From a virus (taxonomy: Duplodnaviria; Caudoviricetes), in the IMG/VR virus record IMGVR_UViG_3300048587_000101, positions 1-24,152 of that record: a stretch of 24,152 nt of DNA; one strand, written 5' to 3'. Below the pieces are notes generated by a model, which was not told the DNA's origin, made no database searches, and worked only from the letters and a program-made list of their open reading frames with translations. Shown in pieces: positions 9,312 through 18,530 of the stretch (the first letter of the stretch is position 1; every line of letters begins with the position of its first letter). A program made the translations under genes and the position numbers.

Positions 9312-11364
9312 TGGCCTTGAGCTGCCAATCGGCCTGACCGAGCAGAAGTTTGCGCAGCAGCTTGCACGGATCGAGGCGGCTGCCATTCGGGCCTCGCAGC
9401 GCGCGCAGCAGAGTTTCGTGAAAGCCAACGCGGATATCGGCAAGTCGTTCGGTGGCCTGTCACGTAGCGCCACGGCGAACCTGCAGAATGTGTCCTACCA
9501 GGTGCAGGATATCTTTGTGCAGATTGCATCTGGCCAAGGTGCTGCCCGCGCCCTCGGCCAGCAGCTTCCACAGCTTCTGGGCGGGTTTGGCGCCTTGGGC
9601 GCGATTGTGGGTGTGGCCGCTGCGGCTGGTATCCCGCTTGTGTCCATGCTGATTGGCGCAGGCGAGGAAGCCAAGTCTCTGGATGATATCCTGAAAGAGC
9701 TTGAGGGGACGTCGAAGGATTATCAGACGGCGGTTCAGGAAATGCTGACGCCCATGTCTGAAATGTATGACATGTTCGGGAACAATACCGAGCAAGCGCG
9801 GGAAATGCAGAAAGCGCTGGTCGAACTGGCCCGCATTCGGTTGGCTGGCGCCATCGAAACCACCATGAATGCGATCTACACGCAATTCGAAGGCGTGAAG
9901 AGCTATCTGTCTGAGATCAAGCGCCTTGAGGTCGGTTTGGCCGATCCGATCACGCGATACACCGCCGAAAGCGGCATTGCTGTGCAGATCGAGGAAATCC
10001 GGCAGAAGTTCGGTCTAACCCGCCAAGAGGCTGAGGCGCTCGCGACGGCATTGGACCGGTTCGATATGGCCGAGGGCGTCCGGGAGCAAGTTGACGCCAT
10101 GAATGAAGTGATCCGGCTGGCGCAAAGCGCGCTTTCGTCGGAGGGGGATTTGACGGCTGAACGCCGCGCCGGGCTTGAGGCGCTCATCAATATGGGCCTT
10201 GAGGTCAATAAGAACGCGGCGATGATCGAGACCAGCGCAGACGCTTCAGAGGATCTGGCGACGAATACAGGCGCTGCGGCGGATGAGGCTTCTCGCATCG
10301 CCGGGACTGATATGGCTTCTGGCATCGCGGCAGCGGCTGCGAACGCCCTGACGCTGGCACAGCGACTTGCGATGGCAGCGGAGCAGGCTGCGGCTATCGG
10401 GTCGGCTCAGGGGCCGGTTGACGTATCGGAAAAGGGTTTCTTCAAGCCCGACCTTAACCGGTTCGGAAACCCCTATGCCGGGGAAGGTGGCGCCGGTCCT
10501 TCTTCTTCGTCGCGGCCAAAAGCACGCCCAGACCAGATGGATGCGGATTGGGGGTGGGATACTCCAAAGCGGGGCGGTGGAGGTGGCGGAGGTTCAAGTC
10601 GCGACAAATACGCGGCGGCTGTCGAGAATGTGCAGCAGCGGATCGACGCCCTGAAAGTCGAGACGGCTGCTTATCTGGACGCGGCCAATGCCCAGAATGT
10701 CTATGGCGATGCCGCCGAATACGCCAAGCAGAAAGCCGCCCTTTTGACCGCTGCGCAAGAGCAGGGCAAGGAAGTCACCCCCGAACTTTCGGCACAGATC
10801 GAGGAACAGGCCCGCGCCTATGCGCAGGCCGCGCTTGAGGCTGAGAACGCCAAGCAGAAGATGGACGCCATTGCCGATGCCAGTGAGCGCGGCAAGGATG
10901 CCTTGGGCGAGGTTTTCGGGTCGATCCTTGAGGGGTCTGATGCCGCGAAGAAAGCCATTGCCAGCCTGCTGATGGAAATCGCCAAGGTGCAGATGATGAA
11001 GGGGGCCTTGGGCATCCTGAACTCAATGCCGGGCGGTAGTGCTGTGACAAGCTGGATTGGCGGTCTGATGTCGATGGACGGTGGTGGCTACACGGGTGCG
11101 GGCTCACGCACCGGTGGCCTCGACGGGAAAGGCGGCTTCCTTGCCATGCTGCACCCCCGCGAAACCGTGATCGACCACACGAAAGGCCAGCGCACCGGGG
11201 GCGGAGCGCAGGTTGTGCAGGTCTACGTCTCGGCCAGCGAATACTTCGATGCGCGCGTTGACCAGCGTGCAGCAAACATCACCCAGCATGGTCTGGCGAA
11301 AGCGCAACGCCAACAACCAGATTCCATAAGGAAATACACGGGCGACCCACGGAGGCGCAGCTAA
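9298..11364 (+). CDS. Tape measure protein
   Basis: 688 aa, Ala-rich and helical; NVSYQVQDIFVQIASGQ...QQLPQLLG and C-terminal DGGGYTG...LHPRETV motifs. Confidence 0.95.
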   Translation: MAETDGLELPIGLTEQKFAQQLARIEAAAIRASQRAQQSFVKANADIGKSFGGLSRSATANLQNVSYQVQDIFVQIASGQGAARALGQQLPQLLGGFGALGAIVGVAAAAGIPLVSMLIGAGEEAKSLDDILKELEGTSKDYQTAVQEMLTPMSEMYDMFGNNTEQAREMQKALVELARIRLAGAIETTMNAIYTQFEGVKSYLSEIKRLEVGLADPITRYTAESGIAVQIEEIRQKFGLTRQEAEALATALDRFDMAEGVREQVDAMNEVIRLAQSALSSEGDLTAERRAGLEALINMGLEVNKNAAMIETSADASEDLATNTGAAADEASRIAGTDMASGIAAAAANALTLAQRLAMAAEQAAAIGSAQGPVDVSEKGFFKPDLNRFGNPYAGEGGAGPSSSSRPKARPDQMDADWGWDTPKRGGGGGGGSSRDKYAAAVENVQQRIDALKVETAAYLDAANAQNVYGDAAEYAKQKAALLTAAQEQGKEVTPELSAQIEEQARAYAQAALEAENAKQKMDAIADASERGKDALGEVFGSILEGSDAAKKAIASLLMEIAKVQMMKGALGILNSMPGGSAVTSWIGGLMSMDGGGYTGAGSRTGGLDGKGGFLAMLHPRETVIDHTKGQRTGGGAQVVQVYVSASEYFDARVDQRAANITQHGLAKAQRQQPDSIRKYTGDPRRRS

Positions 11365-11534
11365 TGGATGACCGCATCAAGGCACTGGAAGAGCGCGTGA
11401 AGGCTCTAGAGGAGCGGCTGACGGCGCTTGAGGAAAGGCCCGCTGGCTTGCCCACGATCACGATCAAGCCCGGCGAATATTTCTCGTTTGAGCACTTCAA
11501 CCGCATTTCGCGCGACCCGAGGAACCGCAGCTAA
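11364..11534 (+). CDS. Small coiled-coil protein, 56 aa (below the ORF track cutoff)
   Basis: TAATG overlaps at both ends; MDDRIKALEERVKALEERLTALEERPAGLPTITIKPGEYFSFEHFNRISRDPRNRS. Confidence 0.8.
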   Translation: MDDRIKALEERVKALEERLTALEERPAGLPTITIKPGEYFSFEHFNRISRDPRNRS

Positions 11535-12187
11535 TGGCACAGGTCTATCCCGTCTCAAACGCAGCCTTCTTCGAGGATCTGCGGGTTCGGCGCGTGTCTT
11601 TTGACTTGCCGACGAGCCAGCTTATCACGCGATCCGCTGGCGGCGATGTCATGCGGGCAGAGTTGGGCGCGCGTCTGTGGCGTGTGCAGCTTGATCTGTC
11701 GCCTGCAAGGCACCGTGACGCTGAGCAAATCAGATCCAAGCTGCATCTGCTGCGGCAACCTTCGGCGTCTTTGCTGATCCGCCCGAAACCTTGCTTCGCC
11801 CCGGCCTACGACCCGACCGGCAGCATCATTGCATCGTCCACGGTGACGCTGCACACGGTTGACGCGAACCAGCGGGAAATCCGGATCACCGGCCTGCCCG
11901 CTGGCTACACGCTCACGCCGGGTGATTATCTGAGCTTCACATACGGCACCGACCCGACGCGCTATGCGTTCCATCAGGTTGTGTCGGGCGCTGTGGCCTC
12001 TGGCGCGGGCCTCACGCCGCTTTTCGAGGTTATCCCGACCATTCGCCCCGGCTATGCCTTGGGTGCCACTGTGCGCCTCAACAAGCCGTGGATGAAGGCT
12101 GTCCTCGTGGAGAGCAGCACCGGGGCCGCAGGCGTGGCTGTGACGGACGGCATCAGCCTGACGCTGCAACAGACGCTGAGGGGCTGA
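11534..12187 (+). CDS. Distal tail (Dit-like) protein
   Basis: First tail-tip gene after the tape measure; beta-rich, GLPAGYTLTPGDYLSF. Confidence 0.65.
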   Translation: MAQVYPVSNAAFFEDLRVRRVSFDLPTSQLITRSAGGDVMRAELGARLWRVQLDLSPARHRDAEQIRSKLHLLRQPSASLLIRPKPCFAPAYDPTGSIIASSTVTLHTVDANQREIRITGLPAGYTLTPGDYLSFTYGTDPTRYAFHQVVSGAVASGAGLTPLFEVIPTIRPGYALGATVRLNKPWMKAVLVESSTGAAGVAVTDGISLTLQQTLRG

Positions 12188-12188
12188 T

Positions 12189-12782
12189 ATGCGGACCTAT
12201 GAGAGCATCATCGCGGGCAACCTGAGCGCCCGCCACGGCCTGCTTGTGCGGCACCTGCTGTGGATCCGTGCCAAGAACCGCGACACGGGCGCAACCGAAA
12301 CCATCGGCCTGTGGGACGGTGACGACCATGCCGAGTTCACGATTGACAGCGTGGTGCGCGAATACTTCGGGGTAGGGGCCTTGCTTGGCATCCCTGACCT
12401 GACAGCGCGGGCCGGGCTTGAGGTCTGGCAGCCAGAGGTGAGCGTGTCCGGCATTGCGCCCGAGGTGGAGATTGCCCTGCGCGGCTATGAGCCAAAGTTG
12501 GCACCGGTGGAGATCCATCGCGCTTTCTTCGCCCCGGCAGAGGGCACGCTACTCGGCAGCCCGGTGCGGATTTTCAAGGGCTGGATTGACGGCGTCAGCA
12601 TCCCGACGCCCGAGGAAGGCGGCGATGCAACCGCCTCGATCACGCTGGCCAGCAACAGCCGGGGTCTGACGCGGGTTATCCCGGCCAAGAAATCGGACGA
12701 GGCGTATCAGCGCCGGTCGGGTGACCGGATCATGCGCTACGCCGACATCGGCGGCACGGTCAAAGTAAGGTGGGGCACATGA
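12189..12782 (+). CDS. Tail tip / baseplate hub-like protein
   Basis: Gene order; IFKGWID and C-terminal SDEAYQRRSGD...VRWG pattern. Confidence 0.65.
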   Translation: MRTYESIIAGNLSARHGLLVRHLLWIRAKNRDTGATETIGLWDGDDHAEFTIDSVVREYFGVGALLGIPDLTARAGLEVWQPEVSVSGIAPEVEIALRGYEPKLAPVEIHRAFFAPAEGTLLGSPVRIFKGWIDGVSIPTPEEGGDATASITLASNSRGLTRVIPAKKSDEAYQRRSGDRIMRYADIGGTVKVRWGT

Positions 12783-13195
12783 CGACCAAGACGAAAGACT
12801 GGCAGCACCGCCTGACCGCCTATCTGTCGAGCATCCACCGGCTGCCGTTCGAGGCTGGCAAGCTGGACTGCGCGATATTCACGGCGGGCGCTGTGCTGGC
12901 AATGACCGGCGTTGACCATGCCAAAGGCTGGCGGGGCAAATACCGCAGCCTCGCCAAAGGATTGAAGGCGCTGCAAGACAAGGGCCATGCCGATCATGTC
13001 GCACTGGCTGCCTCGCTTTACCCCGAGGTGCCACCGATCATGGCGCAAGAGGGTGACATCGCCGTTGTCCCGTCTGACGGGGTGGATGACGTCGAGGCGC
13101 TTGGCATCGTCCAGGGCCATTCGATCTACGTCATGTCGCGCACGGGCCTTGTCCTAGTGCCGCTCACCGCTGCAACGCGGGCTTTCCGGGTCTGA
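12779..13195 (+). CDS. NlpC/P60-like tail-associated protein
   Basis: PFEAGKLDCAIF (Cys motif), AQEGDIAVV, ALGIV; ATGA overlap; no clear catalytic His seen. Confidence 0.75.
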   Translation: MTTKTKDWQHRLTAYLSSIHRLPFEAGKLDCAIFTAGAVLAMTGVDHAKGWRGKYRSLAKGLKALQDKGHADHVALAASLYPEVPPIMAQEGDIAVVPSDGVDDVEALGIVQGHSIYVMSRTGLVLVPLTAATRAFRV

Positions 13196-13196
13196 T

Positions 13197-16100
13197 ATGC
13201 ACATCATTTCTGTGATCTTCGCCGCCTTCTGGGCGGTTTTGCTGCTTGCGGAACCGGCGCACGCTGGCCCGATCACAGGCTTCTTTGCCGCTGTGAAGGC
13301 TGTCGGTCTTGCGAGCGCGATTGCGTCGACGGCATGGGCTGCTGGCCTCCTCAAGATCGGCGTCTCTATCGCCCTGTCTGCGCTCTCCACGGCCCTGATG
13401 GGTAAGCCACGGTCAAGCGGCATCCAGACCGACACGACGCAAGAGGGCGGCACGCTCAGTCAGTCCTTCATCGTCGGGCGCTATGCCACGGCGGGCACCC
13501 GGATCGCGCCGCGCATGACGTTCGGATCGAATAACCGCGACATGTTCGACGTGATCCAGATCAGCGACATGCCGATCACCGGGATTTCGCGCATTGCCAT
13601 TAATGGGCAATGGGAGCCGATGAATACCGGCGTAAGCTGGGACGGGATCGAGTTCGACGCGGCTGGTGATCTATATGCCGCCGATATTTTCACGGGCAGC
13701 CAAACCGCTGCATCGCCAAGGTTGATGTTGAAATTCAGCAGCGGGGTTGAGCGCCCGTGGCAGTCGGACATGATCGGGCGCAACATGGCCTACGCGGTCA
13801 TGTATCATTATTTCGAGAAAGAGGTTCACAGCGGTTGGCCGGAACCGCTGTTCGAGGTGCAGGGGATCAGGCTCTACGATCCGCGCAAGGACAGCACCAT
13901 CGGCGGGTCTGGCGCGCATCGCTGGAACAACAAGGCGACTTGGGAATGGACCGAAAACCCGGTCGTCATCATCTACAATATCCTTCGCGGCATCGAGCTT
14001 CCCGACGGGCGGGTGTGGGGTGGCAAGTGTGACGAGGAAGATTTGCCGCTGTCGGTCTGGGCAGCCGCTGCGAACAAGTGCGACGAGCTGGTCACGCTGG
14101 CCGGTGGCGGTACGCAAGCGCGCTATCGCTGCGGCTTCGAGATCAAGGTCGCCGATGACGAGCCTGCCGAGATCATCGAAGAGCTGCTGAAGTCTTGTGC
14201 CGGGTCGATCGTGGAAATCGGCGGCACATACAAGATCCGCGCCCACGGGCCGGGCCTGCCGGTCTACTTCTTCAGCGATGACGATCTGCTTGTCACCTCG
14301 GGCCATGAGTTCAACCCGTTCCCCGGTCTGGCCGAGACATACAACACGATCAATGCCAGCTATCCGGAGCCGTCGAGCCTGTGGGAGAGCCACGACGCGC
14401 CCGAGCGGACGAATGCGACATGGGTGACCGAGGATCAGGGCCGCGTGCTGCCGGTGTCGGTGAGCCTGCCCGCCGTGCCTATCCGTCAACAGGTGCAGCG
14501 CCTGATGCTGGCATGGCTCAAGGATAACCGGCGCTGGCGCAGGCACACGATCATCTTGGGGCACTATGCAGCCGGGATCGAGCCGCTGGACGTGGTGGCA
14601 TGGACGAGCGAGCGCAATGGCTACATCACCAAGCACTTCGACGTGGCGCAGGTGGTCGAGAACGCCGCGCTGGTGCAGCAGTGGGAAATCCGTGAGGTCG
14701 ATCCGACCGACTACGACTGGTCCAGCGATTTCGAGCTGCCGACCTATGTGCCCTCAGTGCTGCCCGATGTGAAGGTCTATCAGCCAGTGCCGGGTTGGTC
14801 TGTCACGCCGACCTCGATCCGAGACGGCAGCGGCGCGGAACGTCGCCCGGCGCTGCGGTTCGGCTGGACTGCGGCGGACATCGACAGTCCTGCTATCCGC
14901 GTGCAGATCCGGGTGCAGGGACAGGCCGATATCCAGGGCTTCTCGATCGTCGATGTCGATGCCGGGGCGCTGCTCTATGCCGAGGGCATCATCCCAGACA
15001 CCACCTATCAGGCGCGCGCGCGGCTCCGGCAGGATGGACCGACAGAATGGACGGCTTGGGTCAACGCGACCACACCTGCTGTTGGCATCGGGGAGGAAGA
15101 CCTTGAGGGCGATCTGATGGATCGGTTCGAGGAAATCGCCCTCGAGGCCGGTGTGACACCAGTCGCCGTGCTGCCTGCCTCGGGGTCGAAACCGAACCAA
15201 CTCGTCATGCTGATCCCGCCCGGCCAGCTCTATCGCTGGGACGCGACCGCTGGTGAATGGGTGACGGAAGTCTATGCCGGGATCGAACCCGGTTCGCTTG
15301 GGGCGGCAGATTTTGCGGCTGATGTCCGACCTGTGGAGATTGTCGCGACACTGCCTGCGACAGGGAACTTCGTGGGGCGTGTGGCCTTTCTGACGACCGA
15401 TGGGAAAATGTATCGCCATCTCGGTTCGCCATCTGACGTGAGCGGGTGGACGGCTGCCGTTCCGGCTGTCGATCTGACTGGGCAGATCGTCGCCACGCAG
15501 ATTTCTGACGGTGCAATCAGCACGCCGAAGCTGCAAGCGAATGCTGTCGAGGCGGATAATATCGCAGCCAACGCCATTACGTCAGGAAAAATCGCCGCGA
15601 ACGCGGTCACGGCGGGCAAGATTCAAGCCGGTGCGGTAAGCGCGGATCAACTTGCCGCTGGTGCCGTGATCGCGTCGAAGATCGCAGTCACCGATTTCCA
15701 GAGCCTGGTGCCCGACAGTGAAATGGACACGGGGGAGCCGAGCAGCGCAGGGGCAGTCTGGGGCAAATACGGTGGCTATGACACCTACTGCACCTTTGGT
15801 GAGCAGGGCGTCGATTTCACTCCAATGGCCGGCGCCGAGAATGCCAGGTATGCGGTGCGCATCTCGCCAATCCCGTTTGCCGGTCAGGCGGCGGGGATCA
15901 ACACATTTGGTGAGCACAATCGCTTCACGGCGGAGGCAGGGCAAGAATACTATATTTCCATGAAGTGCTGGCTCGGCTCTGGCACCGCGCTCATGCGGTG
16001 TTCCGTGTCGTGGCGTGATCGCGACGGGAACGAAATTAGCGCCGCAAATTGCCCGCTTGTGACGATCACAACGCCGGGGCAATGGGTTGAGGTCGGCGGG

Positions 16101-16775
16101 ACTCTGACGGCCCCACCTGGTGCAGTGCGCGGCATAGCACGATATGTGCGAACCGCCGACGATGCGAACGTGGGCAACGTGTTTATCGCCCGGCCTCGTG
16201 TTGCGCGCCGAAACGCGGGCGAGCTGATCGTCGACGGAACCGTCACGGCAAACCACATCAACGCGGGGGCGATCACCACCGACAAGATCGCGGCCAATGC
16301 CATCGTGGCCAGCAAGCTGGCGACCGGCGAGCTGATCACGCTGTCGGCGCAGATCAAGGATGCCATTATCATCAGGGCAAAGATCGCCAACCTGGCGGTG
16401 AACACGCTGAAGATCGACGATGATGCCGTCTCGGTCATCCTGTCGAACACTGGCAACCCGACGACAAGCGCGGGTGGTATCAACATCACAATCAACCCGA
16501 CCTATGCGGCGCGGCTGGTGGTGCTTGCGACGGCCTCGGACCTTCAGATGATCACCGGAATCACTCAGATGCGGGTTAAGTGGAACGGCACGACTGTTGA
16601 AAGCGCCAACTACGGCGGCTTCGACGGCTCAGAGGCCTCATCCATGACAATCACCCACACGCGCACAGTTGCTGGGGGCTCGGGTCCGCATACGTTGCGC
16701 GCCGAAGCCGGGGCCGGGGCCCGAGCTTCCGGCGATACGACTCTGACGATGATCGCCATCCTGACATACAAGTGA
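13197..16775 (+). CDS. Central tail tip / host specificity protein (gpJ-like) with C-terminal repeats and CBM-like insert
   Basis: 1192 aa; LYDPRKDS, WEWTENP, AAANKCDE; FN3-like segment; 10-residue repeats of the AITxxKIAAN type. Confidence 0.9.
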   Translation: MHIISVIFAAFWAVLLLAEPAHAGPITGFFAAVKAVGLASAIASTAWAAGLLKIGVSIALSALSTALMGKPRSSGIQTDTTQEGGTLSQSFIVGRYATAGTRIAPRMTFGSNNRDMFDVIQISDMPITGISRIAINGQWEPMNTGVSWDGIEFDAAGDLYAADIFTGSQTAASPRLMLKFSSGVERPWQSDMIGRNMAYAVMYHYFEKEVHSGWPEPLFEVQGIRLYDPRKDSTIGGSGAHRWNNKATWEWTENPVVIIYNILRGIELPDGRVWGGKCDEEDLPLSVWAAAANKCDELVTLAGGGTQARYRCGFEIKVADDEPAEIIEELLKSCAGSIVEIGGTYKIRAHGPGLPVYFFSDDDLLVTSGHEFNPFPGLAETYNTINASYPEPSSLWESHDAPERTNATWVTEDQGRVLPVSVSLPAVPIRQQVQRLMLAWLKDNRRWRRHTIILGHYAAGIEPLDVVAWTSERNGYITKHFDVAQVVENAALVQQWEIREVDPTDYDWSSDFELPTYVPSVLPDVKVYQPVPGWSVTPTSIRDGSGAERRPALRFGWTAADIDSPAIRVQIRVQGQADIQGFSIVDVDAGALLYAEGIIPDTTYQARARLRQDGPTEWTAWVNATTPAVGIGEEDLEGDLMDRFEEIALEAGVTPVAVLPASGSKPNQLVMLIPPGQLYRWDATAGEWVTEVYAGIEPGSLGAADFAADVRPVEIVATLPATGNFVGRVAFLTTDGKMYRHLGSPSDVSGWTAAVPAVDLTGQIVATQISDGAISTPKLQANAVEADNIAANAITSGKIAANAVTAGKIQAGAVSADQLAAGAVIASKIAVTDFQSLVPDSEMDTGEPSSAGAVWGKYGGYDTYCTFGEQGVDFTPMAGAENARYAVRISPIPFAGQAAGINTFGEHNRFTAEAGQEYYISMKCWLGSGTALMRCSVSWRDRDGNEISAANCPLVTITTPGQWVEVGGTLTAPPGAVRGIARYVRTADDANVGNVFIARPRVARRNAGELIVDGTVTANHINAGAITTDKIAANAIVASKLATGELITLSAQIKDAIIIRAKIANLAVNTLKIDDDAVSVILSNTGNPTTSAGGINITINPTYAARLVVLATASDLQMITGITQMRVKWNGTTVESANYGGFDGSEASSMTITHTRTVAGGSGPHTLRAEAGAGARASGDTTLTMIAILTYK

Positions 16776-16782
16776 GAGGGAA

Positions 16783-17385
16783 ATGGTCGCTTATACGATC
16801 CACGATGCGGATGGGCACATCCTTTGCTCCGGCGACTGTCCGCAATCCATGCTGGAAGATCAGCTTTCTGGATATGAGGGCGGCATCCTGCTTCTGGAGG
16901 CATCGAGCCCGAAAACGCAATACGTGAGCAATGGGCAGGTGGTGGACAAACCGCCGCGCCCAAGCCCGTCGCACGCTTTCGACCCGGCGGCGGGCGCTTG
17001 GGTCGAGACACGCAGCCTGGAAGCGGCCCGCGAGCAGGCGACTAGGTCGGTCAACAAAGCTGCCTCTACCGCTCGCTCGCAATACATCACGGTCATTCCG
17101 GGGCAGGAAATGATCTACCTCGCCAAAGAGGCCGAGGCAGTGCGCTATCTGTCAGAGACGCCCGCCACGCTGGCCGGGTTCCCGATGCTGGCTGCCGAGG
17201 TAGGGATCACCGCCCCGACCGCCTACGAGCTTGCGCAGCTGTGGGCCAACATGTCGGCGCTGTGGCGGGGCATCGCGGCGCAGATCGAGACTGCCCGGCT
17301 GGGCGCCATCTACCAGATCGAGACGGCGCCCGATGCGGCGGCGGTCGATGCCATCGTCGCGGCCGCTGTGTCTGCGCTGGCCTGA
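16783..17385 (+). CDS. Probable tail fibre assembly/associated protein
   Basis: GAGAGG RBS; YVSNGQVVDKPPRPSPSHAFD...W, then a helical C-domain; follows the tail tip gene. Confidence 0.6.
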   Translation: MVAYTIHDADGHILCSGDCPQSMLEDQLSGYEGGILLLEASSPKTQYVSNGQVVDKPPRPSPSHAFDPAAGAWVETRSLEAAREQATRSVNKAASTARSQYITVIPGQEMIYLAKEAEAVRYLSETPATLAGFPMLAAEVGITAPTAYELAQLWANMSALWRGIAAQIETARLGAIYQIETAPDAAAVDAIVAAAVSALA

Positions 17386-17421
17386 CAAATTACCACCGCG
17401 CGCAGGAGACCGGAATTGGAA

Positions 17422-17751
17422 ATGCCGCCCACGAATGGCGGGGGCTTGATTGCCTCCATACAAGCACTGACTGGCGCCGCAGGCGCCACACTGACAGCCG
17501 CCGCGATTGGACGGCTGATCTATCACGGTGGCGAGGTCCGGGCCGGACGGCGCCCGCTGATCGGCCTGCACCTGATCTGGGAAGTCCCGACCGCTGTTGG
17601 CATGGCGTTCGTGGGCGAGGCGCTTGGGTCTTATCTCGGCCTGTCGTCAACCGTCACCACGGGCATCGTTGCAACGCTGTCCTACCTCGGCCCGCGCGGC
17701 GCGCGCGACATCATTGACCGGGTTATCGGCGCGGCGGGCAACAAGGTCTGA
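17422..17751 (+). CDS. Holin (LydA-like)
   Basis: Small and hydrophobic; GRL...GRR...WEVPTAVGM...SYLGPRG; upstream of endolysin; alternative TTG start at 17416. Confidence 0.8.
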   Translation: MPPTNGGGLIASIQALTGAAGATLTAAAIGRLIYHGGEVRAGRRPLIGLHLIWEVPTAVGMAFVGEALGSYLGLSSTVTTGIVATLSYLGPRGARDIIDRVIGAAGNKV

Positions 17752-17778
17752 ACCGCCCGTTCCTTTTCGCCCCCTACG

Positions 17779-17803
17779 GCCCCGCCATCGTGCGGGGCTT
17801 TTT
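17779..17803 (+). terminator. Intrinsic terminator-like hairpin between holin and endolysin
   Basis: GCCCCGC-catcgt-GCGGGGC-TTTTT. Confidence 0.75.
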
Positions 17804-17817
17804 CATTGGAGACTGAA

Positions 17818-18519
17818 ATGCCCGACCTCGATCTGGGCCACACCCGGCTGATCATCGCGACAGCCGACCGGCTCGGCCTGTCCATTCAACAGACGGCCTA
17901 TGTGCTGGCCACGTCCCTCTGGGAAACCAACCGGACCATGCAGCCCGTCGAAGAGGCCTATTACCTCGGGGCCAAGGCTGAACGGTACCGGCAGGGTCTG
18001 CGCTATTACCCGTGGCATGGGCGCGGCTTCGTGCAGCTGACCTGGGAACGGAACTATATCCGCGCAGGGCAAGAGATCGGCGTCGACCTGATCACCGATC
18101 CGGATCGCGCCATGGATCCGCAGATCGCGGCCGAGGTGCTGGTGCGCGGCTCGCGGGATGGCTGGTTCACCGGCAAGAAGCTCTCGCACTACATCGGCGC
18201 AGCCAAGGCCGACTATGTCAGTGCACGGCGCATCATCAACGGCACCGATTGCGCCCGCCAGATCGCCGATATCGCGCTGGACTATGAAAATGCCCTGACG
18301 CCCGAGCCCGATTATCCCGCGATCCGCCGCGGCTCGCGCGGTGCGGCCGTGGCCGAGGCGCAGGGCCTGCTGGCCGCCACCGGCTATGAGGTCACGCCCG
18401 ATGGCATGTTCGGCGCCCGCACCGATGCAGCCATGCGCGCATTCCAGAAATCCGTAGGCCTGACGGCTGACGGCATCTGCGGTCCCAAGACCTGGGCCGC
18501 GCTTCTCCCTGAAGGCTGA
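17818..18519 (+). CDS. Endolysin: GH19-like catalytic domain plus C-terminal peptidoglycan-binding domain
   Basis: AYVLAT..WET, GRGFVQLTWERNY, ARRIING; C-terminal DGMFGART..AFQ..GLTADGICGPKTW; GGAG RBS. Confidence 0.93.
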   Translation: MPDLDLGHTRLIIATADRLGLSIQQTAYVLATSLWETNRTMQPVEEAYYLGAKAERYRQGLRYYPWHGRGFVQLTWERNYIRAGQEIGVDLITDPDRAMDPQIAAEVLVRGSRDGWFTGKKLSHYIGAAKADYVSARRIINGTDCARQIADIALDYENALTPEPDYPAIRRGSRGAAVAEAQGLLAATGYEVTPDGMFGARTDAAMRAFQKSVGLTADGICGPKTWAALLPEG

Positions 18520-18530
18520 AAGGAAACCCC

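Noticed and set aside
15501-16430. CRISPR-like or DNA tandem repeats
   Set aside because: Repeats are degenerate, in-frame protein repeats without a spacer structure.
970-16775. Gene transfer agent cluster
   Set aside because: HNH/cos-type packaging, ClpP protease, 688-aa tape measure, linked lysis genes and an att site fit a prophage better.
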